A stretch of DNA of 64,000 bases from Pristiophorus japonicus (GCF_044704955.1 NW_027254627.1:1-64000); one strand, 5' to 3'; positions 24,500 to 36,583 are shown, counted from the first letter of the stretch. A program made the numbers and translations. The notes: generated from the sequence alone by a model not told the origin.

Positions 24500-24944
24500 C
24501 TGGGGGTCAGTTGAAAATGTCAAAACTGAGATTGATAGGTTTCTGTTAGGCAAGGCTATTAAGAGTTGTGGAACCAAGGCGGGTAGATGGAGAGCAGACA
24601 CAGATCAGCCATGATCTAATTGAATTGCGGAACAGGTTGGAGGGGCTGAATGGCCTTCTCTGGTCCCAATGCAGAGGTAGGGAGTTACAGGGCTATGGAG
24701 GGATCTATAGACAAGGACAAGAGATTTAAATTGAATGTATGATGGGATGGGCTGCCAGAGAAGGTCAGGGGGTGATACACACAAGCAGACAAAAAAGACC
24801 AGCTGGCACCTTCAGAGATAAAGAGAGAGAGAATGATCATTTCTCCCAGACACCGACAGCTGCCTACACCAGCTCTCAGCTCCCTCTGCCACTTCCAATA
24901 TCTCCACCACCCTTGGTTACCCAGCTATACAATGGTCACGCCAC

Positions 24945-25600
24945 AGGACAGGTAGAAACATTAATCAAAAAGGCTGATGGAATATTAGCCCTTATGTCGA
25001 ATGGGCTAGAATAGGAAAGAAAGATATTTTGCTACAGCTATAAAAAAAACTCTGGTTGGACCACATATTGAGTACAGCTCTGGGCACCATATGTAAGGAA
25101 GGATATATTGGCCTTCGAAGGAGTGTAGCTCAGTTTCACCAGAATGTTACCAGGGCTCCAAGGGTTACATTTTGAGGAGAGATTACATAATGTAGACTTG
25201 TAGTCCATGGAATATAGAAGGTTAAAGGGTGATTTGATTGAGGTTTTTAAGATATTGAGAGGAATTGTTAGGGTAGATCAAGAGAAGCTTTTTTGCTGGT
25301 GGGGAAGTCGAGGATAAGGGAACATAACGTTACATTCAGAGCCAGACCTTCCACCAGAGGTCAGGAAAAACTTCTTGACACAAAGGGTGGTAGAACTGTG
25401 TGGAACTCTCTCTGTAAAAATACCCAGCGCAAGAAATAATTTTAGCTCTGAGATCGATAGATTTTTGCGAGCCAAGTGTAGTAAGGGATATGGAGCCAAG
25501 GCAGGTGAATGGAGTTAAGGTACACATCAGCCAGGATCTCATTAAATGGCAGGACAGACTCGAGGGGCTGAATGGCCTACACCTCTTCCTATGTTCCTTG
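24945..25600 (+). mobile_element. Decayed CR1 3' fragment
   Basis: Degenerate ORF2 C-terminus and the 3' UTR motif GGGGCTGAATGGCCTAC. Confidence 0.75.
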
Positions 25601-25762
25601 TGTCTCACTAGAAACCTGACACTCGCTCTGCCCCTCCCTGTTTCTCTGACTGACCGTCGCTCCCCTGGACTTTCACCCACTGCAACCCAGCGATGAAATA
25701 GTAAAAAGGAGCAGTTTATGCAACAAAATGAATGTGAACAGTTGTTATTGGAAAGCACCTAC

Positions 25763-25823
25763 TGTGACCCTGCACCGAGACCGACAGCAGGACTGCGGGA
25801 AGCCAAACGTAGAGAGAATTCAT
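25763..25823 (-). CDS. Coding exon 1 (signal peptide) of the Siglec-15-like gene: MNSLYVWLPAVLLSVSVQGH+A
   Basis: GCG-ATG start at 25823, a hydrophobic 20-aa leader, and phase-1 donor CACA|gtaggt at 25763. It splices in frame to the 9814 acceptor (A+AG = Lys) and lies in non-repetitive sequence. Confidence 0.8.
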
Positions 25824-25899
25824 CGCCAGCTCTCCGGTGTTTCGTCCTTCTCCTTCGCTGCTTCTTGTCTCCTGACACCGAAATACAGAAGTTGCTCAA

Positions 25900-25980
25900 A
25901 GTGTTTCTTCACTTCCTCTGCAACCTGCGTAAACTGTTGATCAATATCACTGAATTTAACAGGCTAACAGGAAGTGTCTT
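25900..25980 (-). promoter_or_regulatory. Putative promoter with two ETS/PU.1-type sites
   Basis: AGAGGAAGTGAA (minus strand, 25908-25919) and ACAGGAAGTG (plus strand, 25967-25976), about 85-150 bp upstream of the leader ATG. Confidence 0.5.
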
Positions 25981-26363
25981 TAGTTGAGCGTCAAGTGAGA
26001 ATGAGAGATATTGCATCTGCTTCCAATATTGTTGGCAGAATGTCCATCGAGCTCCAGGGGGTTAAATTGATTCGCGGGGAGAACGGGCGTGGGGATGGCT
26101 GTACGCGATGAACCCAGGCCCATAAAATCCATGCTGCCTGCTGATTTCCACCATTGCTGTGTGCAGCCAGCGCTACCCGTGCTGTTGATCAGTTGCAGGC
26201 ACCAGGAGGGGGATCAAAATCAGAAATGCACAATGCCATTTAAAGGCAGCCAGCTCTTCTTAAAGGGGATGTGGATTGGTGTGTCTAGAAGTGTATCCAT
26301 GTTTGCTGACAATACAAAGGTGGGACAGTAAGCCTATTTTTTTATTCGTTCATGGGATGTGGG

Positions 26364-29300
26364 TGTCATGTATGTAACTGTCATTGTAACCCATGTATAA
26401 ACTGACCTAAGTTGTACACTGTGAGAACATTGACCACAAGAAGGTCCTTCATCAGGGAGAACGTCCTGGATCCACAAACCGTCAGGAGATGAGCCCTGCG
26501 TTTGTCGGCCATATCCTGTCCCAGCCATTCCTTAGTGACGAAACTTTGCTGTAGTCTCTCAATAAAGTCGTCCCAATCATCACCAACACAATACCTCTCG
26601 TCTGTGCTGCTAGTGGCCATGCTCGCATGGTTTAAATCCCAGTTTCTCGTCGCCAATGATTTGTCCTTACTATACAGTACAAATGCACATGAGTCCCATA
26701 CTTGAGAGAACTTGTGGGAGACACTCCTAACCTGGACTTTCAGCAATAAAAGGGGAAGCTCCACCCACCTTCATCACTCCAGTGCTGGCTAATAAAGGTT
26801 ACTGGTCACAAAGTGACCTTCTCTCAAGCATGGGCCTCATGTGCATTTGTACTGTATAGTAAGGACATATCATTGGCGACGAGAAACTGGGATTTAAACC
26901 ACGCGAGCATGGCCACTAGCAGCACAGACGAGAGGTACTGTGTTGGTGATGATTGGGACGACTTTATTGAGAGACTACAGCAAAGTTTTGTCACGAAGGA
27001 ATGGCTGGGACAGGATATGGCCGACAAACGCAGAGCTCATCTCCTGACGGTTTGTGGATCCAGGACGTACTCCCTGATGAAGGACCTTCTAGCGCCAGAG
27101 AAGCCGGCGGACAAGACTTTCGAAGAGCTCAGTAAGTTGATCGGGGAACACTTTAAACCGGCGAGCAGCATGCACATGGCGAGACACCGGTTTTACACAC
27201 ACCGGCGGCGAGAAGGGCAAAGCGTTCCAGACTTCGAGGCAGACCTCCGGCGACTGGCGAGCCTATGTAAGTTCCCAGATGCAGAGAGCGGAGATGCTGC
27301 AAGACTTTTTTATTGAGGGCATCGAGCACGCTGGGGTTTTCAGGAAAATGATTGAGACCAAAGACTTGACCCTGGAAACGTCGGCTTTGATGGCCCAGAC
27401 ATTTATCTCAGGAGAGGAAGAGACCAGAATGATGTTTGACAAAAATCTGGGTTTAAATGCAACAAATGGACAGGGAGTCAACATTGTTAACACGGCACAC
27501 AGTTCTCCAGGCAAACGGGGCAATCGGACATGCCCGAGTATGCAGTTAAATCCAAAGGGGGAATTCAACAGAGACAATGGCTAGCTGAACGGCGATTCAT
27601 GCCATCGCAAGGGACAATGCGGCCAGTAATGGGGCCATCAACACCTATTAATGGTGTGCTTAAAAACAGTTACACAGACAGTCAGAGACGATTGACTGGT
27701 AATGGGCCCTTTGTTTCCAACAACGGCTCATGTTGGAGGTGTGGAGGCAAACACACAGCCAGAGCTTGCAGGTATCAGCAATACACCTGCAGAAATTGTA
27801 ACGTCAGCAGTCACTTGGCGCATCTGTGAAGGAAGCCTGCCGCCAGGTTGATGTACGAGGAGGACGGGGAGGATGTAAGCCCTACGGGGCCAAATGGGGG
27901 AAATCGCTGGAAGCTGAAGTTCAGCGAGTTCATGTGGAGCACATATACAGTTCATACACCAGGATGCCATCGATAATGATGAAAGTGCTCCTCAATGGCA
28001 TCCCAGTAACAATGGAGCAAGACACAGGGGCCAGTCAGTCCCTGATGAGTATCAAACAGTTCGGCAAGTTGTGGGTGTCCAAGGCCAGGAGGCCGAAATT
28101 ATTACCGATTGACGCACAGCTACGGACATATACAAAGGAGATCATTCCGGTGCTAGGCAGCGCCATGGTAGTCGTGACCCACAAAGATTCGGAGAACAGG
28201 TTGCCACTCTGGATTGTTCCGGGGGACGGTCCCACACTACTGGGGAGGAGTTGGCTGGCTGTCATGAACTGGAAATGGGACGATGTCAATGCAATTTCTT
28301 CTGTGGAGCGAATATCATGCTCACAGTTCCTGGACAAATTTGACTCAATATTTCAGCCCAGCATTGGCACTTTCATGGGGACCAAGGTAGTGATTCACAT
28401 AAACCCGGATGTCAGGCCAGTACACCACAAGGCCAGAGTGGTGCTGTACGTGATGCGGGAAAAGATAGAAGGCGAATTGGACCGCCTGCTGAGGGAAGCA
28501 TCATCTCGCCAGTCGAATTCAGTGACTGGGCGAGCCCGATTGTGCCGGTGCTCAAGACGGATGGGTCGGTCAGGATATGTGGTGATTACAAGGCCACCAT
28601 CAATCGGGTGTCACTCCAAGACCAGTACCCGCTACCGAGAGCGGAGGACCTCTTTGCGACGCTATCCGGGGACAAACCTTTTAAAAAATTGGACCTAACC
28701 TCAGCTTACATGACCCAGGAGCTGGCGAGTGAGTCGAAGAAGCTGACCACCATCACGACACACAAGGGGCTGTTTGACTCCAACAGATGTCCATTCGGGA
28801 TTCGCTCGGCCGCCGCGATCTTTCAACGCAATATGGAAAGCCTCCTCAAATCGATTCCAAGGACAGTGGTTTTTCAGGACGACACCCTCATCATGGGTTG
28901 TGATACTGAAGAACACCTCCGCAACCTTGAGGAGGTGCTAGGCAGACTGGACCGGGTAGGTCTGCGACTGAAAAAGGTGAAGTGCATCTTCCTAGCTCCA
29001 GAGGTAGAATTCCTGGGGATGAGGGTAGCAGCAGACGGAATCAGCCCTACTGCATCCAAAACAGAAGTGATCCAGAGAGCACCCAGACCCCATAACACAA
29101 TGGAGCTGCGTTCGTTCCTCGGGCTCCTGAACTATTTTGGTAACTTTCTTCCCAAATTGAGCACGCTGCTAGAGCCGCTACATGTGCTCCTACGCAAAGG
29201 TCGTGAATGGGTCTGGGGGGACAGCCAGGAACGGGCTTTTGATAGAGCACGAAATTTGTTATGCTCCAACAATCTGTTAACGCTATATGACCCATGTAAG

Positions 29301-30368
29301 GAACTTGTTTTAATGTGCGTTGCGTCGTCCTATGGGATCGGGTGTGTGTTGCAGCATGTTAATGCCAAGGGTCAGTTACAGCCAGTAGCTTATGCCTCCA
29401 GAAGTCTGTCCTAGGCAGAACGGGGCTACGGGATGGTAGAAAAGGAAGCGCTTGCGTGTGTATATGCTGTAAAAAAAAATGCACCAGTACCTGTTCGGCA
29501 GGAAATTTGAGCTGGAGACAGATCACAAACCCCTAACATCCCTTTTGGCTGACAACAAGGCCATAAATGCAAATGCATCAGCCCGCATACAGAGGTGGGT
29601 GCTCACATTAGCCGCCAATGACTATACAATTCGGCACAGACCGGGCACTGAAAACTGCACCGATGCACTCAGTAGGCTCCCACTAGCCACCACCGAGGGG
29701 GCAACCGAGCATGCTGCTGAGATGGTCATGGCTGTGGAAGCTTTTGAAAGCGAAGGCTCACCCGTGACAGCCCGTCAGATCAAAGTCTGGACAAATAGAG
29801 AGCCACTACTGTTTTTAGTTAAGAAATGTGTCCTGAATGGGGACTGGGCAGCCACATACAGAGCATGCCCTGAGGAATTCAAACCATTTCACAGGCACAA
29901 GGACGAACTCTCGATTCAGGCCGATTGCCTACTATGGGGAAACCACGTAGTCATGCCCCAGATGAGCAGAGATGTTCATCAGAGAACTCCACAATGAGCA
30001 CCCGGGCATTGTCATGATGAAGGCAATTGCCAGGTCACACGTTTGGTGGCCAGGGATAGATGCAGACCTGGAACTTTGTGTTCGCAGGTGCAACACGTGT
30101 GCTCAGCTAGGCAATGCATCCAGGGAAGCCCCTCTTAGCCCCTGGTCCTGGCCCGCCAAACCATGGTCACGCATCCATGTGGACTATGCAGGTCCTTTCA
30201 TGGGAAAAATGTTTTTGGTTGTAGAAGACGCCTACTTCAAATGGATCGAGTGTGACATTCTCAATTCAAGCACATCCTCTGCCACGGTAGAAAGTCTACG
30301 GGCAATGTTCGCCACCCATGGTCTACCTGACGTCTTGGTCGGTGACAATGGCCCGTGCTTTACAAGCA
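26364..30368 (+). mobile_element. Gypsy retrotransposon (same family as 20379-24499): 5' LTR, full gag and pol, 3'-truncated in integrase
   Basis: LTR 26364-26872 interrupted by an inverted duplication; PBS TGGCGACGAG at 26874; gag MATSSTDERYC..., Zn knuckles, RT FQDD, RH, and IN up to DNGPCFTS. Inserted into a LINE tail (26333-26363/30369-30830). Confidence 0.93.
26439..27090. repeat. ~272-bp inverted duplication (26439-26710 vs 26819-27090), ~108-bp spacer
   Basis: ORFs 26381-26764(-) and 26813-27316(+) encode the same gag N-terminus on opposite strands. Confidence 0.92.
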
Positions 30369-30833
30369 GGTGTCACTGGCAATGCCAGCATTTATTGCCC
30401 ATCCCTAATTGCCCCTTGAGAAGGTGATGATGAGCTGTCTTCTTGAACCGCTGCAGTCCGTGTGGTGCAGGTACTCCCACAGTGCTGTTAGGGAGGGAGT
30501 TCCAGGATTTTGAACCAGTGATGATGAAGGAATGGCGATAACTTCCAAGTCAAGAATGTGTGACTTTAAGGGGACCGTGGAGGTGGTGGTGTTCCCATGC
30601 ACCCGCTGCCCTGGTCTTTCTGGGTGGTAGATGTTGCGGGTTTGGGAGGTGCTGCCGAAGAAGCCTTGGCAAGTTGCTGTAGTGCATCTTGTAGATGGTA
30701 CACACTGCAGCCACCGTACATTGGTGATGGAGGGAGAGAAGTTGTGGATGGGGAGGCCAATCAAGTGGGCTGCTTTGTCCTGGATGTGACGAGTTTCTTA
30801 AGTGTTGTTGGAGCTGTACTCATCCAGGCAAGG

Positions 30834-31204
30834 AGGTTCTGCTGGGCTCAGTGCTGGGTCCCTTGCTTTTTGTGGTATATATCAATGACTTGGACTTGAA
30901 TATTGGGGGTATGATTACAGAGTACACTAAAATAGGCTGTGTGGTTGATAATGAAGGAGAAAGCTGCGGACTGCAGGAAGATATCAATGTACTGGTCAGG
31001 TGGGCGGAACAGTGGCAAATGGAATTCAATCCAGATAAATGTGAGGTAATGCATTTGGCGCGGTCTAACAAGGCAAGAGAATACACATTAAATGATACAA
31101 CATTGGAAAATGTAGAGGAACAAATGGACCTTGGAGTGCAGGTCCACAGATCCTTGAAGGTAGCAGGCCAGGTAGATAAGTTGGTTAAGAAGCCATATGG
31201 AATA
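30834..31204 (+). mobile_element. CR1 fragment, continuing at 40459-41020 after the Gypsy insertion
   Basis: ORF 30851-31303 RT motifs and ORF 40622-40906 C-terminal motifs; shared TSD GAATA. Confidence 0.85.
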
Positions 31205-34200
31205 TGTGATATATTCACAGAGCACAGCACACACAGCTTCCTAACATGGCAGGCAGCTCTCTCAGAAGTCTCCGGAAATCTGTCTGGTTCTGTTTATTAT
31301 TAACCCTGCACTTGCAGTACACAATACATCCACATCCACAGTGTGGAGCTACAAACATTACAAGCTGACAGACATTATGCTTCTCCCTCCTTAATGAAGA
31401 AGCCATCATAACAAACATCATACATAACTTTCATGTTTATACATAACACAGGATATAAACTTATTTTTTCCATATTCACAAATTTAACTTTACCACTTGT
31501 TTTCTGTTTTGAAGAGGATACCTTCGCTCTTGAACAGAACCTTCCAAACCTGGTGTTGAATATAAACTCATTCGAGGCTCATCCTGAGGAATGTTTCCCT
31601 CCACGGAATTTCCTTGATTTTCATTTGAACTCACTCTAACTTCAGGCTCTTTGTTTTCCTGACTCAGACTCAGACTTTCATTCTGATTCTCTCCTGGATT
31701 TGTTTCCAGTACATTGGATTTAGGATTTGCTACTGGTGTATCAAAACTATCTGATGAGTCAGAAATAATTGAATCATTCCCACCTTCAACTCCTTCCATG
31801 TCTGTAGGTAAAATATGATCAATATGAACAAACCTAACCTGTACATTATCAAACATCCTTACCAAATATGTGCGAGGACCACATATCTTCACCACTCTTC
31901 CTAGTAACGACAATGTTAGAACAAATGGATCTAACATTTGTTTTATGAGGGCACGTTTTACAATTTGTACAGTGCGCTCTGCTGCACCATTCGAAGCAGG
32001 ATGGTATGGTAGAACTTTGGTATGTTTCACACCATTTTTGCTCGTGAATTGTGCAAATTCTTTTGAACAAAATTGTGGTCCATTATCCAAAACAATTTCT
32101 TCAGGGAGGCCAAATGCAGAAAATAATTTTCATAAAACGTCCAATGTTTTACTTGTTGTTATTTTCCACATTGGAAACACCTCAGCCCACTTCGAATGGC
32201 TATCAATCACAATGAACAATTGTTGTCCTTCTAACTCAGCAAAATCAATATGTAGCCTTTGCCACACCCTGGGAGGCCATTTCCATGGCTGTAATGGTAC
32301 TGGTGGTGGTTACTTGCTTACCAATTGACATGTTGTACACTGGCTCATGATGCACTCTATATCTTTTATCACGACCTGGCCACCATAAATAACTGCATGC
32401 AAAACTCTTGGTCAAGCACATTCCCAGGTGTTGGTCATGGAGGTCTCCTAATAATTTGGACCTGAATTTATTTGGTATAACCACTCTTGCACCCCACATG
32501 ATACAATCTTTATCTACTGATAATTCATTCCTACGAATGAAGAATGGATGTGTACCTTTGTCTGTTACCTGCTTTGGCCATCCATTTGCAATATACACCT
32601 TTGACATCACTGGGTCACGTTTGGTTGCTCTACCAATCTCTTCAGCTGTGACTGGCAGTTCGTCAACGTATGAAAAATAAAACACTTCTTCCCTATCGGG
32701 TGTAACTAGTGATGGGGAAGGCAATCTAGACATTGCATCAACATTACTGTGATCAGCTGATCATCTGTATTCAATATCATATGTATATACTGACAAAATC
32801 AAAGCCCATCTTTGGAACTGGGGGCTTTGGATGGAGGATTGCTGTTAAGGGCTTAAGGTCCATAACGATGGTAAACGTACGACCATACAAGTATTTGTGA
32901 AACTTCTTGACCCCAAAAATGAATGCCAAAGCTTCCCTTTCAATTTATGCATAATTACTCTCACTGGCACTGAGAGTGCGTGAAGCAAAAGCAATTGGTC
33001 TCTCCTCCCCACTACTTAATACATGAGAGATTATTGCCCCAACTCCATACGGAGAGGCATCACATGCTCGCTTAATCTCCTTAGATATGTCATAGGGAAC
33101 TAACATGGTGCTTTCTACCAATTTGCTTTTACACTCCTTGAATGCTGTAACGCATTCTTTTGATCACTTCCAATGGACCTGTTTTTTCAAAAGTTGATTC
33201 AGTGGATGTAATACTGTAGCCAAATTTGGTAGGAACTTCCCATAATAGTTCAAAAGACCCAAGAATGAACGAAGTTCAGTGACATTCCTGGGAGTGGGTG
33301 CATTTCTGATCGCATCCAAGTTTTCCTTGGTCGGATGTAAACCATCTTTGTCTACTCTGTACCCTAAGTACTCCACTGAGTTTTTAAATAACTCACACTT
33401 ACGAGCAGACACTCGTACTCTGTGCTTCTCTAGCCGTTTGAGGACTTCATTCAACATGTTAATATGAATTTGCCTATTTGGTGCTGAAATTTGTATGTCA
33501 TCCAAATAACATACTACTCCTTCAATAACTTGCAAAATCTGGTTCATCACCCCTTGGAATATGGCAGGGGCAGAAGACACTCCAAATGGTAGCCTATTAA
33601 ATTGATATAGGCCTAGATAAATATTTATAGTCAAACATGACTTGGACTCCTCATCTAGTTCAAGCTGTAAGTAGGCATTCGTAAGATCCAGTTTTGAGAA
33701 GATCTGACTACCTGTCAGTGTTGTGAACAAATCTATATTTGGCAATGTATTGGAGACATTACCCTCTAGAACCTGGTTTACGGTTACTTTATAATCACCA
33801 TACAATCTTACCTTACCATCGGACTTAGGTACAACAACAATGGGTGTAGCCCAATTACATCGATCTATATTACAAATAATGTTCTCAGTCTCTAGTCTTT
33901 TGAGTTCTTGCTCAACTTTCTCCTTGAGTGCATATGGTACGGAACGTGGCTTGTAGTAAACCGATCTAGCGTCCTTCTGTACCCTGACACTCACCTTGAA
34001 GCCTTGGATCAAACTACTCGTTTCGCAGAACACCTTCGGATTCTGCTTGATAACCTCATCCGTTGATGAAAATCTCGCTTCCACACAGAAAATCTTCCTC
34101 CAATCCAGCTTCAGTGAGCTCAACCAATTTCTTCCTAATAGGGCCGGCTTGTCTCCCTTCACTACTATTAGAGGCAAGTTCTGAAATTGATCTTTATATT

Positions 34201-34878
34201 TCACCGGTACGGTGATACAACCTACCACAGGAATTTTCTCTCCCGAGAAACCCCGCAGCTCAATCTTGGATTTCTCCAGTTGGAAATCACGCAATTTGTC
34301 GAGGTACAGTGACTCCGGTACTACACTCATGGATGCACCCGTGTCAATTTCCATTGGTATCTTGAATCCCGCAGCATCTATGTGGATTTTGATGCTTTCC
34401 GAATCGCTGTCCGTTAACCTCGTGCTCCTGATGACATGTAACTCTAACATCTCCTTGTCCTGTTGTTGTTCTTCCATGTTATGTAGTCTCTTGGGATTTC
34501 TACTCATAGCTTTGAACGCTGGACTCATAGCTTTGGAAGCTGGTTTACCCTTCAGTCGGCATGCCTTCGCAAGATGCCTAGTCTTTCTGCAGAAGAAACA
34601 CTCTGCCTTCACGTATGGAAAACTTTTAGCAATGTGTTCTCCCAGGCACCTATAGCACGACTTCGATGCTCTGGTAGAATTTCCAGTTTCTGAGACTTTG
34701 GGCCCCCATCGTCTTTTACTTTGAACCTGCAGGTGATTTACCTCGGTTGACTGATGACCGTAATCATTATTTAATTCTCGGGAATATTTTTCGGCCATGC
34801 TCATCGACCTCGCTGTCTGACAAGCAAGCTCAAAAGTCAAGTCATCCGTCGTCAATAACTTCCTTCTGATCGCCTAAC

Positions 34879-35460
34879 TTCGAGAGCCAGCGGCAGTTGG
34901 TGAGAGGGGAGTGACCTATAAAAGGCCCAGCGGGAGATCGAGAGCCAGCGGCAGTTGGTGAGAGGGGAGCGACCTATAAAAGGCCCAGCGGGAGATCGAG
35001 AGCCAGCGGCAGTTGGTGAGAGGGGAGCAGCCTATAAAAGGCCCAGCGGGAGATCGAGAGTCAGCAGCAGTTGGTGAGACGCGGGAGCAGCCTATAAAAG
35101 GCCCAGCGGGAGATCGAGAGCCAGCGGCAGTTGGTGAGAGGGGAGTGACCTATAAAAGGCCCAGCGGGAGATCGAGAGCCAGCGGCAGTTGGTGAGACGC
35201 GGGAGCAGCCTATAAAAGGCCCAGCGGGAGATCGAGAGCCAGCGGCAGTTGGTGAGACGCGGGAGCAGCCTATAAAAGGCCCAGCGGGAGATCGAGAGCC
35301 AGCGGCAGTTGGTGAGACGCGGGAGCAGCCTATAAAAGGCCCAGCGGGAGATCGAGAGCCAGCGGCAGTTGGTGAGACGCGGGAGCAGCCTATAAAAGGC
35401 CCAGCGGGAGATCGAGAGCCAGCGGCAGTTGGTGAGACGCGGGAGCAGCCTATAAAAGGC
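34879..35460 (+). repeat. CR1 5' UTR tandem array of ~10 monomers of 58/60 bp, each with CCTATAAAAGGC
   Basis: TATA motif at 34915, 34973, 35031, 35091, 35149, 35209, 35269, 35329, 35389 and 35449. Confidence 0.95.
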
Positions 35461-35509
35461 AGCTACAGCGGGAGAGAAAGCAAAATAGAAGTAGAAAGTA
35501 ATCAAAAAG

Positions 35510-35551
35510 TGACGTCACAGCCAATGAGGTAAGTGATTGGCTGGTGATTGG
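35510..35551 (+). promoter_or_regulatory. CRE/ATF site plus three CCAAT/ATTGG boxes in the CR1 5' UTR
   Basis: TGACGTCA at 35510-35517, CCAAT at 35521, ATTGG at 35536 and 35547. The ATTGG pair is conserved at ~42268-42283 and ~13836-13851. Confidence 0.5.
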
Positions 35552-35635
35552 TGAGTAGCTTTTCTTTTCTTTTTTATATCAGTAAGTGAACTGTAACATT
35601 GTTATTACCAATTTAAGGGTATCTAAGGTTAAGAC

Positions 35636-36583
35636 ATGGAAGGAGAGCTCGGCCATGTGATATGCTCCTCCTGTACCATGTGGGAACTCGGGGACACTTC
35701 CGGTGTCCCTGGGCGCTACGTGTGTGGGAAGTGTATCCGCCTCGAGCTCTTGACGGTCCGCGTTGCGGAATTGGAGCTGAGGGTGGATTCACTCTGGAGC
35801 ATCCACGATGCTGAGAATGACGTGAGTATCACGTGTAGTGAGTTGGTCTTACCGCAGGAGAAGGGTCCACAGCCAGATAGGGAATGGAAGACCAGCAGGA
35901 AGAGCAGCGCAAGAAAGATAGTGCAAGGGTCCCCTGTGGTCATCCCCCTGCAAAATAGATACACCGCTTTGGGTACTGTTGAGGGGGATGACTCATCAGG
36001 AGAGGGCAGCAGCAGCCAAGTTCATGGCACCGTGGCTGGCTCTGCTGCACAGGAGGGCAGGAAAAAGAGTGGGAGAGCTATAGTGATAGAGGATTCGATG
36101 GTGAGGGGAATAGATAGGCGTTTCTGCGGACGCAACCGAGACTCCAGGATGGTATGTTGCCTCCCTGGTGCAAGGGTCAAGGATGTCTCGGAGCGGGTGC
36201 AGGACATTCTGAAATGGGAGGGAGAACAGCCAGTTGTCGTGGTGCACATTGGTACCAACGACATAGGTAAAAAAAGGGATGAGGTCCTACGAAACGAATT
36301 TAAGGAGCTAGGAGCTAAATTAAAAAGTAGGACCTCAAAAGTAGTAATCTCGGGATTGCTACCAGTGCCACGTGCTAGTCAGAGTAGGAATCGCAGGATA
36401 GTGCAGATGAATACATGGCTTGAGCAGTGGTGCAGCAGGGAGGGATTCAAATTCTTGGGGCATTGGAACCGGTTCTGGGGGAGGTGGGACCAGTACAAAC
36501 CGGACGGACTGCACCTGGGCAGGACCGGAACCAATGTCCTAGGGGGAGTGTTTGCTAGTGCTGTTGGGGAGGAGTTAAACTAA
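35636..36583 (+). CDS. CR1 ORF1p: zinc finger/leucine zipper plus SGNH (GDSL-type) esterase-like domain
   Basis: CSSC...CGKC, heptad Leu repeat, (E)DS block, HIGTND and DGLH; 315 aa, open. Confidence 0.92.
   Translation: MEGELGHVICSSCTMWELGDTSGVPGRYVCGKCIRLELLTVRVAELELRVDSLWSIHDAENDVSITCSELVLPQEKGPQPDREWKTSRKSSARKIVQGSPVVIPLQNRYTALGTVEGDDSSGEGSSSQVHGTVAGSAAQEGRKKSGRAIVIEDSMVRGIDRRFCGRNRDSRMVCCLPGARVKDVSERVQDILKWEGEQPVVVVHIGTNDIGKKRDEVLRNEFKELGAKLKSRTSKVVISGLLPVPRASQSRNRRIVQMNTWLEQWCSREGFKFLGHWNRFWGRWDQYKPDGLHLGRTGTNVLGGVFASAVGEELN

Noticed and set aside
25718-25987. 89-aa + strand ORF in the unique island
   Set aside because: It is antisense to the leader exon and promoter and has no recognisable domain or splice context.
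35529-35582. Mini-intron in the CR1 5' UTR (GTAAGT/GTGAGT...pyrimidine tract-CAG)
   Set aside because: It is only ~54 nt, below the usual vertebrate minimum, and is retained in all three retrotransposed copies. Cryptic use with other sites cannot be excluded.
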